A DNA stretch of 54,227 nt from a virus (lineage: Duplodnaviria > Caudoviricetes): positions 1-54,227 of the IMG/VR virus record IMGVR_UViG_3300030118_005216. One strand, given 5' to 3'. The translations under genes and the position numbers were made by a program. The notes under the pieces were generated by a model, which was given only the letters and a program-made list of their open reading frames with translations, was not told the DNA's origin and searched no databases. The first letter of the stretch is position 1, and each line of letters starts with the position of its first letter. Positions 20,239 through 29,276 of this stretch are shown one piece after another.

Positions 20239-21369
20239 TTAGGAAGTTACAGCAGTACCAGTGACTACGAAGTTAGAGTTGAGACGGTCGCAGTACAACT
20301 GCATACCAAGAACAATTTCCCATTCCCAAGCATCTTGGCCGGGAACCTTAGTAGGCCCACGAAGAGCGAAGTCGCCCTTAGTTTCGAACTGAGCGTTGTC
20401 ACCTTGAGTGTACATGTGCCAGCTATCAGTCTTAAGACCGTAGATAAGGCCACGACCACCACCGGGAGAGTGCGGATCTTCAGAACCAGAACCAGATTCT
20501 GAAGTAGCGAAGACGCTAAGGCTCGTGTCGAGTTGTGGCTCAACGTAGAACTCAGCTTCTTGGAACAACAGACCTTGACGGACGGGACGGCCCTTCTCGC
20601 CTTGGAATGAAGTTGCGTAACGGACTTGCTCGTCGAGATCGTCGTAGTAGTTGTTGAACGAAATAATATCGCCCAGCATGCAGTCTACGGGACCTCCAGC
20701 CTTTCCTTGCATCGACGCTTCCCAGTAAGCTTCGCGCATCATACGACGGCCAAGCCCAGCAGTAGAAAAAGCTCCACCGTGGAGAGTACGGTACTGGTTG
20801 TGCCAACCAGTGGTCGAAGCACTTGGAAGGTTGAAACGAGTGTTGGTCTGTGCGCTTGTGCCCTTGTACTCAAAGACACCGTTTTCGGTGAGACCACTTC
20901 CAGTGTCGTAGCTTGTGTCACCATTGAGGGTAACAAAACCTTGGACGTTGTCGCTTGATCCGTTTCCGTTGACAAACTGGTTCACGATCATCTCGTGGAA
21001 TTCCATCATCGCAGCTTCAGGGTAAACCTTAAGCAGACGAGCGATGGCAGTTTCGCCAGAAGCTTCAGCAAGATCCTTACCGGGGATGATGTAGGAGTAA
21101 ATCATCCGTGGGCAGTACAGGCGACCGCGAGTACCGATGGTCCGACGAGTCGAGGAGTAAACCTCAGAGCCAGTTTCGATACGAGTAACAGCGCCCGGGC
21201 CGTTGGTTACAACGGGGAACTCAAGGTAAGGAGCGCCTGTGTGCGCCTTATCTACGTTTCCACGAAGAACAATCTTGTCGAGGACAGGGTGGTATTGGTA
21301 AAACTGCTCAGTATACTTAGGGATAAGCTTCTGAGTAGCAAAGTTCAGTACATCAGCACTTGTCGGCAT
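20239..21369 (-). CDS. Major capsid protein (HK97 fold)
   Basis: 376 aa between the scaffold and decoration genes; strong GGAGG RBS; biased codon usage; capsid-like termini (HPVLDKI near the N-terminus, LGMQLYCDRLNSNFVVTG at the C-terminus). Confidence 0.85.
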   Translation of the reverse strand: MPTSADVLNFATQKLIPKYTEQFYQYHPVLDKIVLRGNVDKAHTGAPYLEFPVVTNGPGAVTRIETGSEVYSSTRRTIGTRGRLYCPRMIYSYIIPGKDLAEASGETAIARLLKVYPEAAMMEFHEMIVNQFVNGNGSSDNVQGFVTLNGDTSYDTGSGLTENGVFEYKGTSAQTNTRFNLPSASTTGWHNQYRTLHGGAFSTAGLGRRMMREAYWEASMQGKAGGPVDCMLGDIISFNNYYDDLDEQVRYATSFQGEKGRPVRQGLLFQEAEFYVEPQLDTSLSVFATSESGSGSEDPHSPGGGRGLIYGLKTDSWHMYTQGDNAQFETKGDFALRGPTKVPGQDAWEWEIVLGMQLYCDRLNSNFVVTGTAVTS

Positions 21370-21383
21370 TTAAGCCTCCATAT

Positions 21384-22301
21384 TTATCGATTATTCCGAC
21401 GTGACCAGTTCAATGCAGCTTGCGCAGCAGCGAATCGGGCGTCAGTTGAGTTGGTTCCAGTGTCAATGTAGTCGCGACTACTTGCTGGGTTGTTCGATGA
21501 TTCTGCTCCAGCGGTAAGCTTCGCGGCAGGACGAGGAGCACGCTTCTTTTCTCCATGCTTCAAGAGAGCATGTTCGACAGCGACTTCTTGTGGTGTCCCT
21601 TTTTCTCGCAAGCTGTTTGCGAGCGCGAGCGATTCCTCACTCTGATGGACAAGCTTAATGCTAAGTTCTGGGTCCCAACCTTGATCGAGTAGGCCATTGA
21701 GAATTGCAGAAGTTTCCTCATTATCGATGAGGTCTTTGTGTTCTTGGTAGAACTTCTCAGCGTACTCATTTGCTTGAGTTTCAATATCTTTCTCAACCAG
21801 AGCCTGAAATTCTTCATACTGAGCCTTCAACTCTGCAAGTTCGGATTGCGAAGTTTCATACTTAGTTGTGAATTCAGCTACACGAGGGTCTTCGCCCCCG
21901 TCCATCATTTGCTTCAGTAGGTCTCGCTCAGCAATGAGGTCTTCTTTAGAATTCTCCCATTTTTCGCGTTCTTCATTCCAAGTAGTCTGACTTGCCTCAA
22001 ACTCTTTTCGCTGATCTGCGAGAGTTTGGAACTTTTTGGTGTACCCACCTTCCAGATTTTTTTGAATTGAACGCACTGGCCCTTGCAAATGTTCTGGAAG
22101 AGAATCAATATTCCCATCCCAACTTTCTACATCAAACTCATTATCAGATTGATTCTCCTCTACAGCAGTTTCAGTCGAATCCGCAGCAGTTTCCACGGCT
22201 TCATTGGGTTCCGCCTCAATCCCTGACGGCTCGGGAGACTCCACCGATGCCGAAGCGTCCGCAGACTCAACGGGTTCGGGGCTGGTCAATTCTTCGCTCA
22301 T
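21384..22301 (-). CDS. Capsid scaffolding protein
   Basis: Acidic disordered N-terminus, GYTKKFQTLADQRKEFE coiled coil, basic C-terminal helix; directly upstream of the capsid gene. Confidence 0.8.
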   Translation of the reverse strand: MSEELTSPEPVESADASASVESPEPSGIEAEPNEAVETAADSTETAVEENQSDNEFDVESWDGNIDSLPEHLQGPVRSIQKNLEGGYTKKFQTLADQRKEFEASQTTWNEEREKWENSKEDLIAERDLLKQMMDGGEDPRVAEFTTKYETSQSELAELKAQYEEFQALVEKDIETQANEYAEKFYQEHKDLIDNEETSAILNGLLDQGWDPELSIKLVHQSEESLALANSLREKGTPQEVAVEHALLKHGEKKRAPRPAAKLTAGAESSNNPASSRDYIDTGTNSTDARFAAAQAALNWSRRNNR

Positions 22302-22669
22302 TCGAACTCCTTCATATCCTGCTCTTTATTTTTCTTATCTTTATCAAGAGCAAAACGAACAGCGTCAATACGCATGTCGCGCATACCGCCTTCATCGCCG
22401 CCCTTAAGTTCTGGTGCTGCCAAGTCTGGCAACATTGGAGGCTCCTCCATCTCTCCCATCGGAGCCTCTCCCATTGGGGACTCTTCCATTCCCTCTTCGC
22501 CCATTGGCGATTTTTCTGACTCATCAGAAGCATAAACGCGGAGACCAGAGCCTTCCAACATTTTGATAATATCCATTCCGCTCTTCTGCTGGGAGATGGC
22601 ATCATCAATCATTCCAGCAGCCTTAGAGGTGTTGGAATCAGACATATATTCTTCTGGTGTACCCGGCAT
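22298..22669 (-). CDS. Small acidic head-operon protein (start re-called at MPGTPEE)
   Basis: AAGGA RBS before ATG 22669; SPMGE repeats; carries the shared motif DMRIDAVRFAL. Confidence 0.6.
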   Translation of the reverse strand: MPGTPEEYMSDSNTSKAAGMIDDAISQQKSGMDIIKMLEGSGLRVYASDESEKSPMGEEGMEESPMGEAPMGEMEEPPMLPDLAAPELKGGDEGGMRDMRIDAVRFALDKDKKNKEQDMKEFE

Positions 22670-22670
22670 T

Positions 22671-22940
22671 TTAAATTCCTTCCATTGAATCAGCCGCATC
22701 ACGGCTGTTTTTAATTCGACTCAAAACAGCCTGACGACGTCTATCGCCCATATTTATACCACTTTCTGCCATTTCATCAGGCTGTTGAGGCATAAGATTT
22801 GCAGAAGCATCGGCTACAGTTCCCTCTTCGGTCATGCCCGGGGCTGTTTCAGTATTAGGAACTATAGACAATGATCGGTTCAAAGCGAACCGCTCAAGCT
22901 GCTCTATGGGCAGAGCCTTAAGTTCTTCAATACTTGCCAT
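22671..22940 (-). CDS. Small head-operon protein
   Basis: GAGGA RBS; 89 aa; tight packing. Confidence 0.6.
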   Translation of the reverse strand: MASIEELKALPIEQLERFALNRSLSIVPNTETAPGMTEEGTVADASANLMPQQPDEMAESGINMGDRRRQAVLSRIKNSRDAADSMEGI

Positions 22941-22980
22941 TTATTCCTCTAAATTTTGTACCTATTTACAGCTATTTATG

Positions 22981-23394
22981 TCAAGTAACACAAATCTTTT
23001 TTTCTGCTTTTCCGGTCTTCAAATCTTTTGCTCGCTGCTCTTCTCGGCAGCCTTGCTTATGCTCTTCTAGAGTTAACCCGCCTTTTTTGAGAGCTTGGTG
23101 CATTTGCTGTTTTGCACGCCAGTTAAAATCTTTTTCTTCTGGACTGCCCTTAGCCATTGCGATGTGGTTTGGGTGAGCTTTTTCCCATGCACGCTTTTGA
23201 GCGTTTGTTTCCCAACGAGTGCCCAGTTGTTGGTTTACTTCTACATTAGAAAAAACAATTCCAACTGTTCGTACTGGATACAACAAAACTTCACATGGAC
23301 CGCCACACTTTGAGCAGGTTTTATAATCTTTGACGGCGCAAATGACGTCAGGAATGTCCCCACACTTAGGGCAATCTTGGTGATAGAGAGGCAT
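22981..23394 (-). CDS. FmdB-like zinc-ribbon protein
   Basis: MPLYHQDCPKCG...CSKCGG matches the MP.Y.Y.C..CG...C..CG pattern often found near phage portals. Confidence 0.7.
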   Translation of the reverse strand: MPLYHQDCPKCGDIPDVICAVKDYKTCSKCGGPCEVLLYPVRTVGIVFSNVEVNQQLGTRWETNAQKRAWEKAHPNHIAMAKGSPEEKDFNWRAKQQMHQALKKGGLTLEEHKQGCREEQRAKDLKTGKAEKKICVT

Positions 23395-23400
23395 CGATGT

Positions 23401-23556
23401 TTAGCCTCCGTAACTTTTTTCGGATTTTTCAAAGTCACCAGAAGTATCAGAAATTTTTACAGAAGAATCTTCTTTTTTTTCTTCTTTATTTTTTTTCTTT
23501 TTTTCCATCATGTCTTTTATTTTTTTTGCACCTTTGACAATGACCATAGGATTCAT
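23401..23556 (-). CDS. Small Lys/Glu-rich protein, 51 aa (absent from the ORF track)
   Basis: MNPMVIVKGAKKIKDMMEKKKKNKEEKKEDSS...SYGG; ATGA overlap with the upstream stop; fills the gap exactly. Confidence 0.6.
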   Translation of the reverse strand: MNPMVIVKGAKKIKDMMEKKKKNKEEKKEDSSVKISDTSGDFEKSEKSYGG

Positions 23557-23798
23557 TTGTCATCCTCGTCATCTTTTGCGTTGCTACCAGTCAGGCTCGC
23601 ACCCATGCCCCCAAAGAATCGTCCCGCGCCTTTCATGGCAGGGCGGTTGAGAAGTTTTATTCTTTTCTCTTTATTATCTTTGTCTTTTTTCAAGGCCGCT
23701 TTTGCTGCTGCTTGTTTGGGGTCAGGCTCGTCTTTTTTAGGCTCTTCTTTGTCGCCTAAAGCAGATCCCATATTTTTTAAAGCATCTTTGACTGACAT
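23553..23798 (-). CDS. Small charged protein
   Basis: TAATG coupling; carries DPKQAAAKAALKKDK. Confidence 0.6.
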   Translation of the reverse strand: MSVKDALKNMGSALGDKEEPKKDEPDPKQAAAKAALKKDKDNKEKRIKLLNRPAMKGAGRFFGGMGASLTGSNAKDDEDDK

Positions 23799-24226
23799 TA
23801 TTTCGGTCCCTCAGATTGTTCGAGAGCAGACTCAATACGATTAAGAAGAACAATGAATGCTGTTTTTTGCGGTCCCGGATCCACTTCGTCCTTAGCCCGC
23901 ATCAGACGTTGGCGAGCCGCCAATAGGTCTTCCCCACTCATGTCAGGGATAGCCAATTGGGGTCGATCGCGGGTGAGGAATTCCTCGCTCTCACTCATAT
24001 TGCGGGGTTTCTCCACCCCGGCAGTAGTTTGAGGTAACGCTTGTCTCGGCGAAACATCAGGCTCCTTTTCCGGCATCATTTCAGCTTGTGTGCCCTCTAC
24101 ACGGTCCATGGCTATGGCCTCGCCCATTGCTTTGCCTCTCCCAAGCATAGAGTCTGCTTTTCTTTCTGCGTTTTGAAGCTGTGAAGCTTGTCGTGCGACT
24201 TTTTGGGTTTCATTAAGGTCAGCCAT
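23798..24226 (-). CDS. Hypothetical head-operon protein (start re-called at MADLNE)
   Basis: GGAG RBS and ATG 1 nt after the portal stop. Confidence 0.6.
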   Translation of the reverse strand: MADLNETQKVARQASQLQNAERKADSMLGRGKAMGEAIAMDRVEGTQAEMMPEKEPDVSPRQALPQTTAGVEKPRNMSESEEFLTRDRPQLAIPDMSGEDLLAARQRLMRAKDEVDPGPQKTAFIVLLNRIESALEQSEGPK

Positions 24227-24227
24227 T

Positions 24228-26057
24228 TTAACTCTCCAGCATTGGGCCAATGGGTTGCGAACGTCCAGCACCGCCAGACATACCGCTCAAAGCATCAGTA
24301 GGAATATCAGAAGCGCCTTCTGGCATACCGCCAGTAGCGATTGTGTCCCCTCCTCCCGGCATAGGCATTTGATCCATCGGACCGCCCTGAGGAGGGGGAG
24401 GAGCGCCGCCTTGAGCCATTTGTGCGGTCTGTGCTGCCTGCTCTGGACTGGCCATCACATCTTTGCCCAAGTCCAGCAGGTCTACGATATGAGTCACAAG
24501 GTTTCGCTGATTGACGTCTGGAGAATTTAGCAAGACTTCCAAGAAGTTTTGTACCTTCTTGATCTGCGCAGTCTTTGAGTTTTCTGTCGGGCTGTATGGA
24601 ACGATCTCGTAATCGATTTCCAGTGGCTCTTCGATAACTTCTCCGCGAGCCTTCATTTCGTCCGCGAGGTTGGGATTACGCGCAGAAAGGTGGCGTCGAG
24701 CCACAGTCATGGCCTCTGAAGTTCCTGAAGTACGTACAGGAATATCGCGCTCTGATTCCAAGAACTCTTCGTAGAGACCAATTGTTGTAACTGCCAAGTG
24801 TTTGATGGCGCGATTGATAAGCTTTGTTCTGCGTCCGAGACGAGTACGCATGGCTGCATCTACGAGCGCAAGTTCCGTGGCCACTTCCGACGTTCCGGCA
24901 ACACCGCGAGCATATTCTGGTATACCGAGAACAAATTGTATCGTGTTCTCAATCCGATCACGAATATTGTTGAATTCAGGAACAAGTGTAGCTGTTGGCG
25001 TTTGCCCCATAATATCCGAGAGTGGTGCTGCGTTTTTTCCGATGAGCCTAACAACATCTCCCGGGCTGGTCGCTGTTGATACTTGGTCCATGAAATCTTC
25101 GGGGTTATCGACGAGCGATTCATTGACGACCGTGACCGGAATAGACGCTTGAGCATGCCGCAACTCCAGAGTGTCCAACTCATTCAAACGGCGCTGTTGA
25201 CGCTCAACCAACTGGCTGTCTGCCATACCGCCAATATCTGCGAGGTTATCGTTGAAGATTAGGCGGAAGAAAGGATTGCGAACAAACGTGTAAGGCAGAT
25301 CCCCAATGAACAGTGGCTGTTCTTGGCCCTCAAGCATGTGGTAGTAGCGATCATTGGTAAAATCGTAGACTTCGTAGACTACAATCCACTCAAATGTTTT
25401 TCGCATGTCTTCAGACAACTTGGCTGACGTGTCCTCTTTGTCTGTTAGCCACTGCGGAAACGAGCCAAACTTAGCTTTCTGTGCGACAGCAGGGTCGTAC
25501 TGCATTGAGCCGCGTTTCTTTTGTCGCGTATTAGAACGAGAAAAGAACTCAGCTTTTGTGAGGGTCGTAACCTCAATAGCGTAACGAATGTCTTGCCAAC
25601 GGCTGACCGTCATGTCGTAGAAGAAGTAACGCGGGTCAATTACAACAAAGTCTGGTCGCTTCAATGAGAAGTTCCAGACACTTTTGACGATTGACCGACC
25701 GTACACAGACGCCATGGTTGACATTCGCCACAAAATTTCATGAGCATCAGAACGATACAAAACATCGTTAATCAAAGCTTCACGGTATTTTGCGGCTAAC
25801 TCTGCCTGCTCTCCTTTTTGTCTGGAGACGCAGGTGACGCGAGGTGTGGGGGGACACACGCTCGCAACCATCGTATCAGTGAAAGCATACAAGTAGTTAT
25901 TTTCGACCAAGAGACCATCGTTCTCTGGGTCTTGCAATTCACCCCAAAACTCTGAACGATACCAAGCACGCCATTTATCAAAAGACTTGTGTTCTTTATT
26001 AGCCTTCGTGACGTGCGCATCGATCAGATTTTTGATCGTTTTGGGGTCAAGAGCCAC
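24228..26057 (-). CDS. Portal protein
   Basis: 609 aa helical protein downstream of TerL; VYGRSIVK, IDPRYFFYD, QQRRLNEL, VLGIPEYARG, SEVATE; Gln/Pro/Met-rich tail as in P22-like portals. Confidence 0.85.
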   Translation of the reverse strand: MALDPKTIKNLIDAHVTKANKEHKSFDKWRAWYRSEFWGELQDPENDGLLVENNYLYAFTDTMVASVCPPTPRVTCVSRQKGEQAELAAKYREALINDVLYRSDAHEILWRMSTMASVYGRSIVKSVWNFSLKRPDFVVIDPRYFFYDMTVSRWQDIRYAIEVTTLTKAEFFSRSNTRQKKRGSMQYDPAVAQKAKFGSFPQWLTDKEDTSAKLSEDMRKTFEWIVVYEVYDFTNDRYYHMLEGQEQPLFIGDLPYTFVRNPFFRLIFNDNLADIGGMADSQLVERQQRRLNELDTLELRHAQASIPVTVVNESLVDNPEDFMDQVSTATSPGDVVRLIGKNAAPLSDIMGQTPTATLVPEFNNIRDRIENTIQFVLGIPEYARGVAGTSEVATELALVDAAMRTRLGRRTKLINRAIKHLAVTTIGLYEEFLESERDIPVRTSGTSEAMTVARRHLSARNPNLADEMKARGEVIEEPLEIDYEIVPYSPTENSKTAQIKKVQNFLEVLLNSPDVNQRNLVTHIVDLLDLGKDVMASPEQAAQTAQMAQGGAPPPPQGGPMDQMPMPGGGDTIATGGMPEGASDIPTDALSGMSGGAGRSQPIGPMLES

Positions 26058-26305
26058 TACTTCTTATCCTCTTTTTTCTGCATCTCAGCCGCTTCTTTTG
26101 CTGCTGCCTTCCGGTCTTCTTTATTGGAGTTCTTGCGAGTTTTAGGGGGCTTGACCTTTGTGAGCTGCGTGATGGCAACTCGCACCCTCGGCTTGCCTTT
26201 TTCGCCTTTAGGCACAGCATCTGCCAATGGCTTTCTTTCGGCAAAACGTGAAGATGCTCCTCCCCCGTCTTCTTTTTCTTCTTCGGTTTCGTCTTCTTCA
26301 AACAT
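26057..26305 (-). CDS. Small charged protein
   Basis: GGAG RBS; stop overlaps the portal GTG; carries EDRKAAAKEAAEMQKK. Confidence 0.6.
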   Translation of the reverse strand: MFEEDETEEEKEDGGGASSRFAERKPLADAVPKGEKGKPRVRVAITQLTKVKPPKTRKNSNKEDRKAAAKEAAEMQKKEDKK

Positions 26306-26326
26306 GGCTTCTCCAAATTTGTGGTG

Positions 26327-26335
26327 AGTGTAACA
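26327..26335 (-). promoter_or_regulatory. Possible extended -10 promoter (TG-T-TACACT) for the portal block
   Basis: In the only intergenic gap upstream of 26305; no recognisable -35. Confidence 0.35.
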
Positions 26336-26338
26336 TAG

Positions 26339-26539
26339 TTACGCTTTCTTAGTTTTTGCCTTAACTGCTTTGCCCTTAGCGCGAATTTTAGCCGCTTCTC
26401 GTTTACCAAAAGCACTATTTACTCGGGCTCTAGCCCATGCGTGTTGAGGAACCTTAGGGCGGTTGCCTGAACTCATATACGCAGCAAGTCCTCGGCGGTA
26501 GACCTCTTTTTCAGCCTCGTCCAGTCCTTCCATACTCAT
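26339..26539 (-). CDS. Small basic protein (DUF5824-like)
   Basis: EVYRRGLAAYMSSGNRPKVPQHAWARARVNS matches the VY.RG.AA....G.RP...Q.AWA.ARVNS family seen in aquatic viruses. Confidence 0.6.
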   Translation of the reverse strand: MSMEGLDEAEKEVYRRGLAAYMSSGNRPKVPQHAWARARVNSAFGKREAAKIRAKGKAVKAKTKKA

Positions 26540-26700
26540 GTGGCGTCCCTCTCTTTCATTTTAGCGTTGAGCCATTTTTGTTGGCCTTTAGTATACTTCT
26601 TACCTTCGTTTTTCTTATAAAAAGCGGCAATCTGAGTCATCAACTTTTTTCTTTTCTTAGGCTGCTTTGATCCTGCCAAATATTCTTTGTTGAACTTCAT
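26536..26700 (-). CDS. Small basic protein, 54 aa (absent from the ORF track)
   Basis: MKFNKEYLAGSKQPKKRKKLMTQIAAFYKK...; ATGA overlaps at both ends. Confidence 0.65.
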   Translation of the reverse strand: MKFNKEYLAGSKQPKKRKKLMTQIAAFYKKNEGKKYTKGQQKWLNAKMKERDAT

Positions 26701-28373
26701 AGCCAATACTTGTCCCGAGTCTTCCGCTTTTTGCGGTCCTTCTCTTTAAAGTGTTCAGTTCTTTCATCGTATGTCATGGGCCTGAACTCAATAACATTGT
26801 TATCGCCAGTTCGAATTGGCCTACGACGTGACGGAGCCCATCGAGCACCGACAATAGCCATAATTAGAGCAGAAACTTTGTCCCAGTGGTGACGATCTCG
26901 TCTTTTTCTGTTTGGTTGTCCTCGAACAAGCTCAGAATTAGCGCCTTCTTCGATTCTTTTGTCGTTTTTGTACGACATTAGTTGCTCAACCGTGTTTCGG
27001 TCGTTCAAAACAAGTTCATCGAGCAAACCGTCAATTAACCAGCCCAAAGCCTCGTCTACAGACTTTGATGTGCTCGTGAATCCCGGTTTCCGATGCTTTT
27101 CATAGAATACGTTCGGATAACTCCAGTCTCGTAGCAATGATAGTACACCTTGACCTACACCGTTTGATTCGACAATAATATTAGCTTTATTGTACTTTAA
27201 CCCAGCTTCAACCAGCTTTTTCGTAAACTCAAGCGGGTCTGAGTGCTCTGCGTAGCACGCAACTTGCGTCCACTCACCTTCGTAGCACTTTAAGACTTGA
27301 AAAGAAGCGTGATCTCGGGCTGCATGACCGCAGGGGTCAGCCCCAATTACATAATACGCCCCCGGTTCTGGGGATTCGTACTCCATGTAGGGTCCAGACC
27401 AGTTTTTCATTTCTGATTTCTGGTGTTTTTCAAGAGCATGGGCGGGGACAGCCGCATTTGCCGACGAAATCCAGCATTCAAGGTCATCTGAAGGGTAAAA
27501 GACCTTAAAAAGTTCTGGTTTACGCCTAAGATACTGGTCAGTAGACAGCATGAAGCGGCGGAAAGCTAAGTTTTCTTTTGTAAGTCCTAAGTGCCCAAAT
27601 TTATTGAGCATTTCAACTTCTTCATTCTCCAAAGACCAGTTTTTTTCCCAAGGACGGCGATTTAGTTTGCCATCCCAGTAAGGAAAAAATTTATACAGGT
27701 GCCGACCTTCTCCAGCTTTGGAAGTGAGGCAGTGTTCGTGCCAATCTGACCTTGCTTCCCATGGAGTACACTCAAAAATTACGAGAGCGTCGTCTCGATT
27801 AGCGAGTGATGGCCAGATTAGAAACATTGAACCAGAAAAGTCCGCCCAAAAAGCGCACTCAGAAGCATGGAAAGAGTCTGGTGACTGTCCGATACCTACA
27901 GCGCCAGCTTCTGCGGACAAAATCCGCATTTTTCCGCCCATCTCATGCTTAAAAGTAAGCTGCCTACTTTCTCGGGAGTGGACTGTAGGAGATCGAATGT
28001 CTTCTGGCCACTTTCCGTGGAGGTGGTGGACACGTTTGTGCAGATATTCTGCCCGATCTGAGTTGTCTGCGATACATACGTGGTCCCAACCGGGCGAATA
28101 CGCAGCTTTTGGATAGCATCCATACTCCACAGATAGCGATTTACCCATCTGACGGGCTGTGAGAATGGTCAAGAACTTAGTCTGTCCGTTTTTTGTCCGA
28201 GGCGTATTGCTCAGATAGTCCAAAACTTCGTTCTGCATCGTGTATGTGATGCGGCTTGGATCATATTTTACGAACTTACTTGTCTTCTGGTCGTGTACTT
28301 TCCCAAAAGCAGGCAGCGCTTTCCCGGGATTCCGAAGGAATTGAAGCATCTGCTGTGCATTGGGAGCAGCCAT
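26697..28373 (-). CDS. terL: Terminase large subunit
   Basis: Walker A ARQMGKS, Walker B FHASECAFW, coupling motif ECTP, RNase H-like nuclease IGADP...VESNGVG...HHWDKVSAL. Confidence 0.93.
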   Translation of the reverse strand: MAAPNAQQMLQFLRNPGKALPAFGKVHDQKTSKFVKYDPSRITYTMQNEVLDYLSNTPRTKNGQTKFLTILTARQMGKSLSVEYGCYPKAAYSPGWDHVCIADNSDRAEYLHKRVHHLHGKWPEDIRSPTVHSRESRQLTFKHEMGGKMRILSAEAGAVGIGQSPDSFHASECAFWADFSGSMFLIWPSLANRDDALVIFECTPWEARSDWHEHCLTSKAGEGRHLYKFFPYWDGKLNRRPWEKNWSLENEEVEMLNKFGHLGLTKENLAFRRFMLSTDQYLRRKPELFKVFYPSDDLECWISSANAAVPAHALEKHQKSEMKNWSGPYMEYESPEPGAYYVIGADPCGHAARDHASFQVLKCYEGEWTQVACYAEHSDPLEFTKKLVEAGLKYNKANIIVESNGVGQGVLSLLRDWSYPNVFYEKHRKPGFTSTSKSVDEALGWLIDGLLDELVLNDRNTVEQLMSYKNDKRIEEGANSELVRGQPNRKRRDRHHWDKVSALIMAIVGARWAPSRRRPIRTGDNNVIEFRPMTYDERTEHFKEKDRKKRKTRDKYWL

Positions 28374-28376
28374 ATA

Positions 28377-28589
28377 CTAGTAAGACCCTTTCTTAACTTT
28401 GTAGTGTGGATTGCCTTGGCCTTCCATGTTGTCTACTACTTTAGCTACTGTTTTAGAGTCTTTTTTGTGCTTCGCGGACGCAGCTTCCAAGTTGTCCGAC
28501 ACTTCTGATAGCGCAGACTTAGCATCTTTCTTCTTTTTCTTTCCATACTCAACAGCTTCCTTGGCTGCTGCCATGCGCTCTTCTTTCAT
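28377..28589 (-). CDS. Small basic protein
   Basis: TAATG coupling; carries EERMAAAKEAVEYGKK. Confidence 0.6.
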   Translation of the reverse strand: MKEERMAAAKEAVEYGKKKKKDAKSALSEVSDNLEAASAKHKKDSKTVAKVVDNMEGQGNPHYKVKKGSY

Positions 28590-28960
28590 TACTTACTCAC
28601 TTGCTCTACAATTTCAGTGAAAAAATCTGCTGAATCTAATTCAGCCTCTGGTATTTGTTTTGGAGGTTGGGCTTCAATAACTTTCTTAGGCGGTTCGCCG
28701 CTCATCTGTACAAGCTGCCCAATAATATTGACGCTCGAGTCTCCTCCGGTCAAACCCTCCATAGAAATTAGGGAGTAAACAAGTTCTGCCCACTGCCTCA
28801 TTTCTCGGGCGGCGGAGACGGTAACTTCCTTACGCGCGATAGCGCCCATCATTTCAGCACCGAAATCTTTTAGATCATTCGAAGAACGAATTTTTCCGGC
28901 TTGAGCCATTTCTAAAATAGCGTCTGGAGTTACCTCGTCGTCATCATCAAACATTACCAT
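28589..28960 (-). CDS. Hypothetical protein, candidate terminase small subunit
   Basis: About 120 aa, helical, two genes upstream of TerL; the call is positional only. Confidence 0.4.
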   Translation of the reverse strand: MVMFDDDDEVTPDAILEMAQAGKIRSSNDLKDFGAEMMGAIARKEVTVSAAREMRQWAELVYSLISMEGLTGGDSSVNIIGQLVQMSGEPPKKVIEAQPPKQIPEAELDSADFFTEIVEQVSK

Positions 28961-29268
28961 TTGTCCTTGTCTGCATGATAGGCGGGGCTCAGCGGGCCCT
29001 TAGCGATATTCTTTCCGTGGCGAGCTTTGAAGCTGGCCCGTTTTTTCGTCATCTTCTCAGACTCACCCTTTTTGGGCTTCCCCGCTGTTTTCGCTCCCTG
29101 TTCGCCATATCGAAGTAGTTTTGTCTTATCGCCGTCTTTGGCCATAACAACGTGGCTCTTTGTTGGATGATTGGGAGTCCGCTTGCCCTGATTAAAGCCT
29201 TTCAAGCCAAGCCTTTTCATTGTGGCCCGTGCTCTTGCGTGTTTTTTCTTTGAAGTAATAGAACCCAT
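28954..29268 (-). CDS. Basic conserved phage protein (DUF6321-like)
   Basis: KRTPNHPTKSHVV...LLRYGEQG...KRASFKARH...LSPAYHADKDKW, a recurring family near terminases in aquatic phages. Confidence 0.65.
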   Translation of the reverse strand: MGSITSKKKHARARATMKRLGLKGFNQGKRTPNHPTKSHVVMAKDGDKTKLLRYGEQGAKTAGKPKKGESEKMTKKRASFKARHGKNIAKGPLSPAYHADKDKW

Positions 29269-29276
29269 TACAATTC

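Noticed and set aside
22960-22984. Late promoter with TTGACA and a TAAATAG direct repeat upstream of the scaffold block
   Set aside because: There is no acceptable -10 at 16-18 bp, and the T4-like TATAAATA motif is not matched or repeated convincingly elsewhere.
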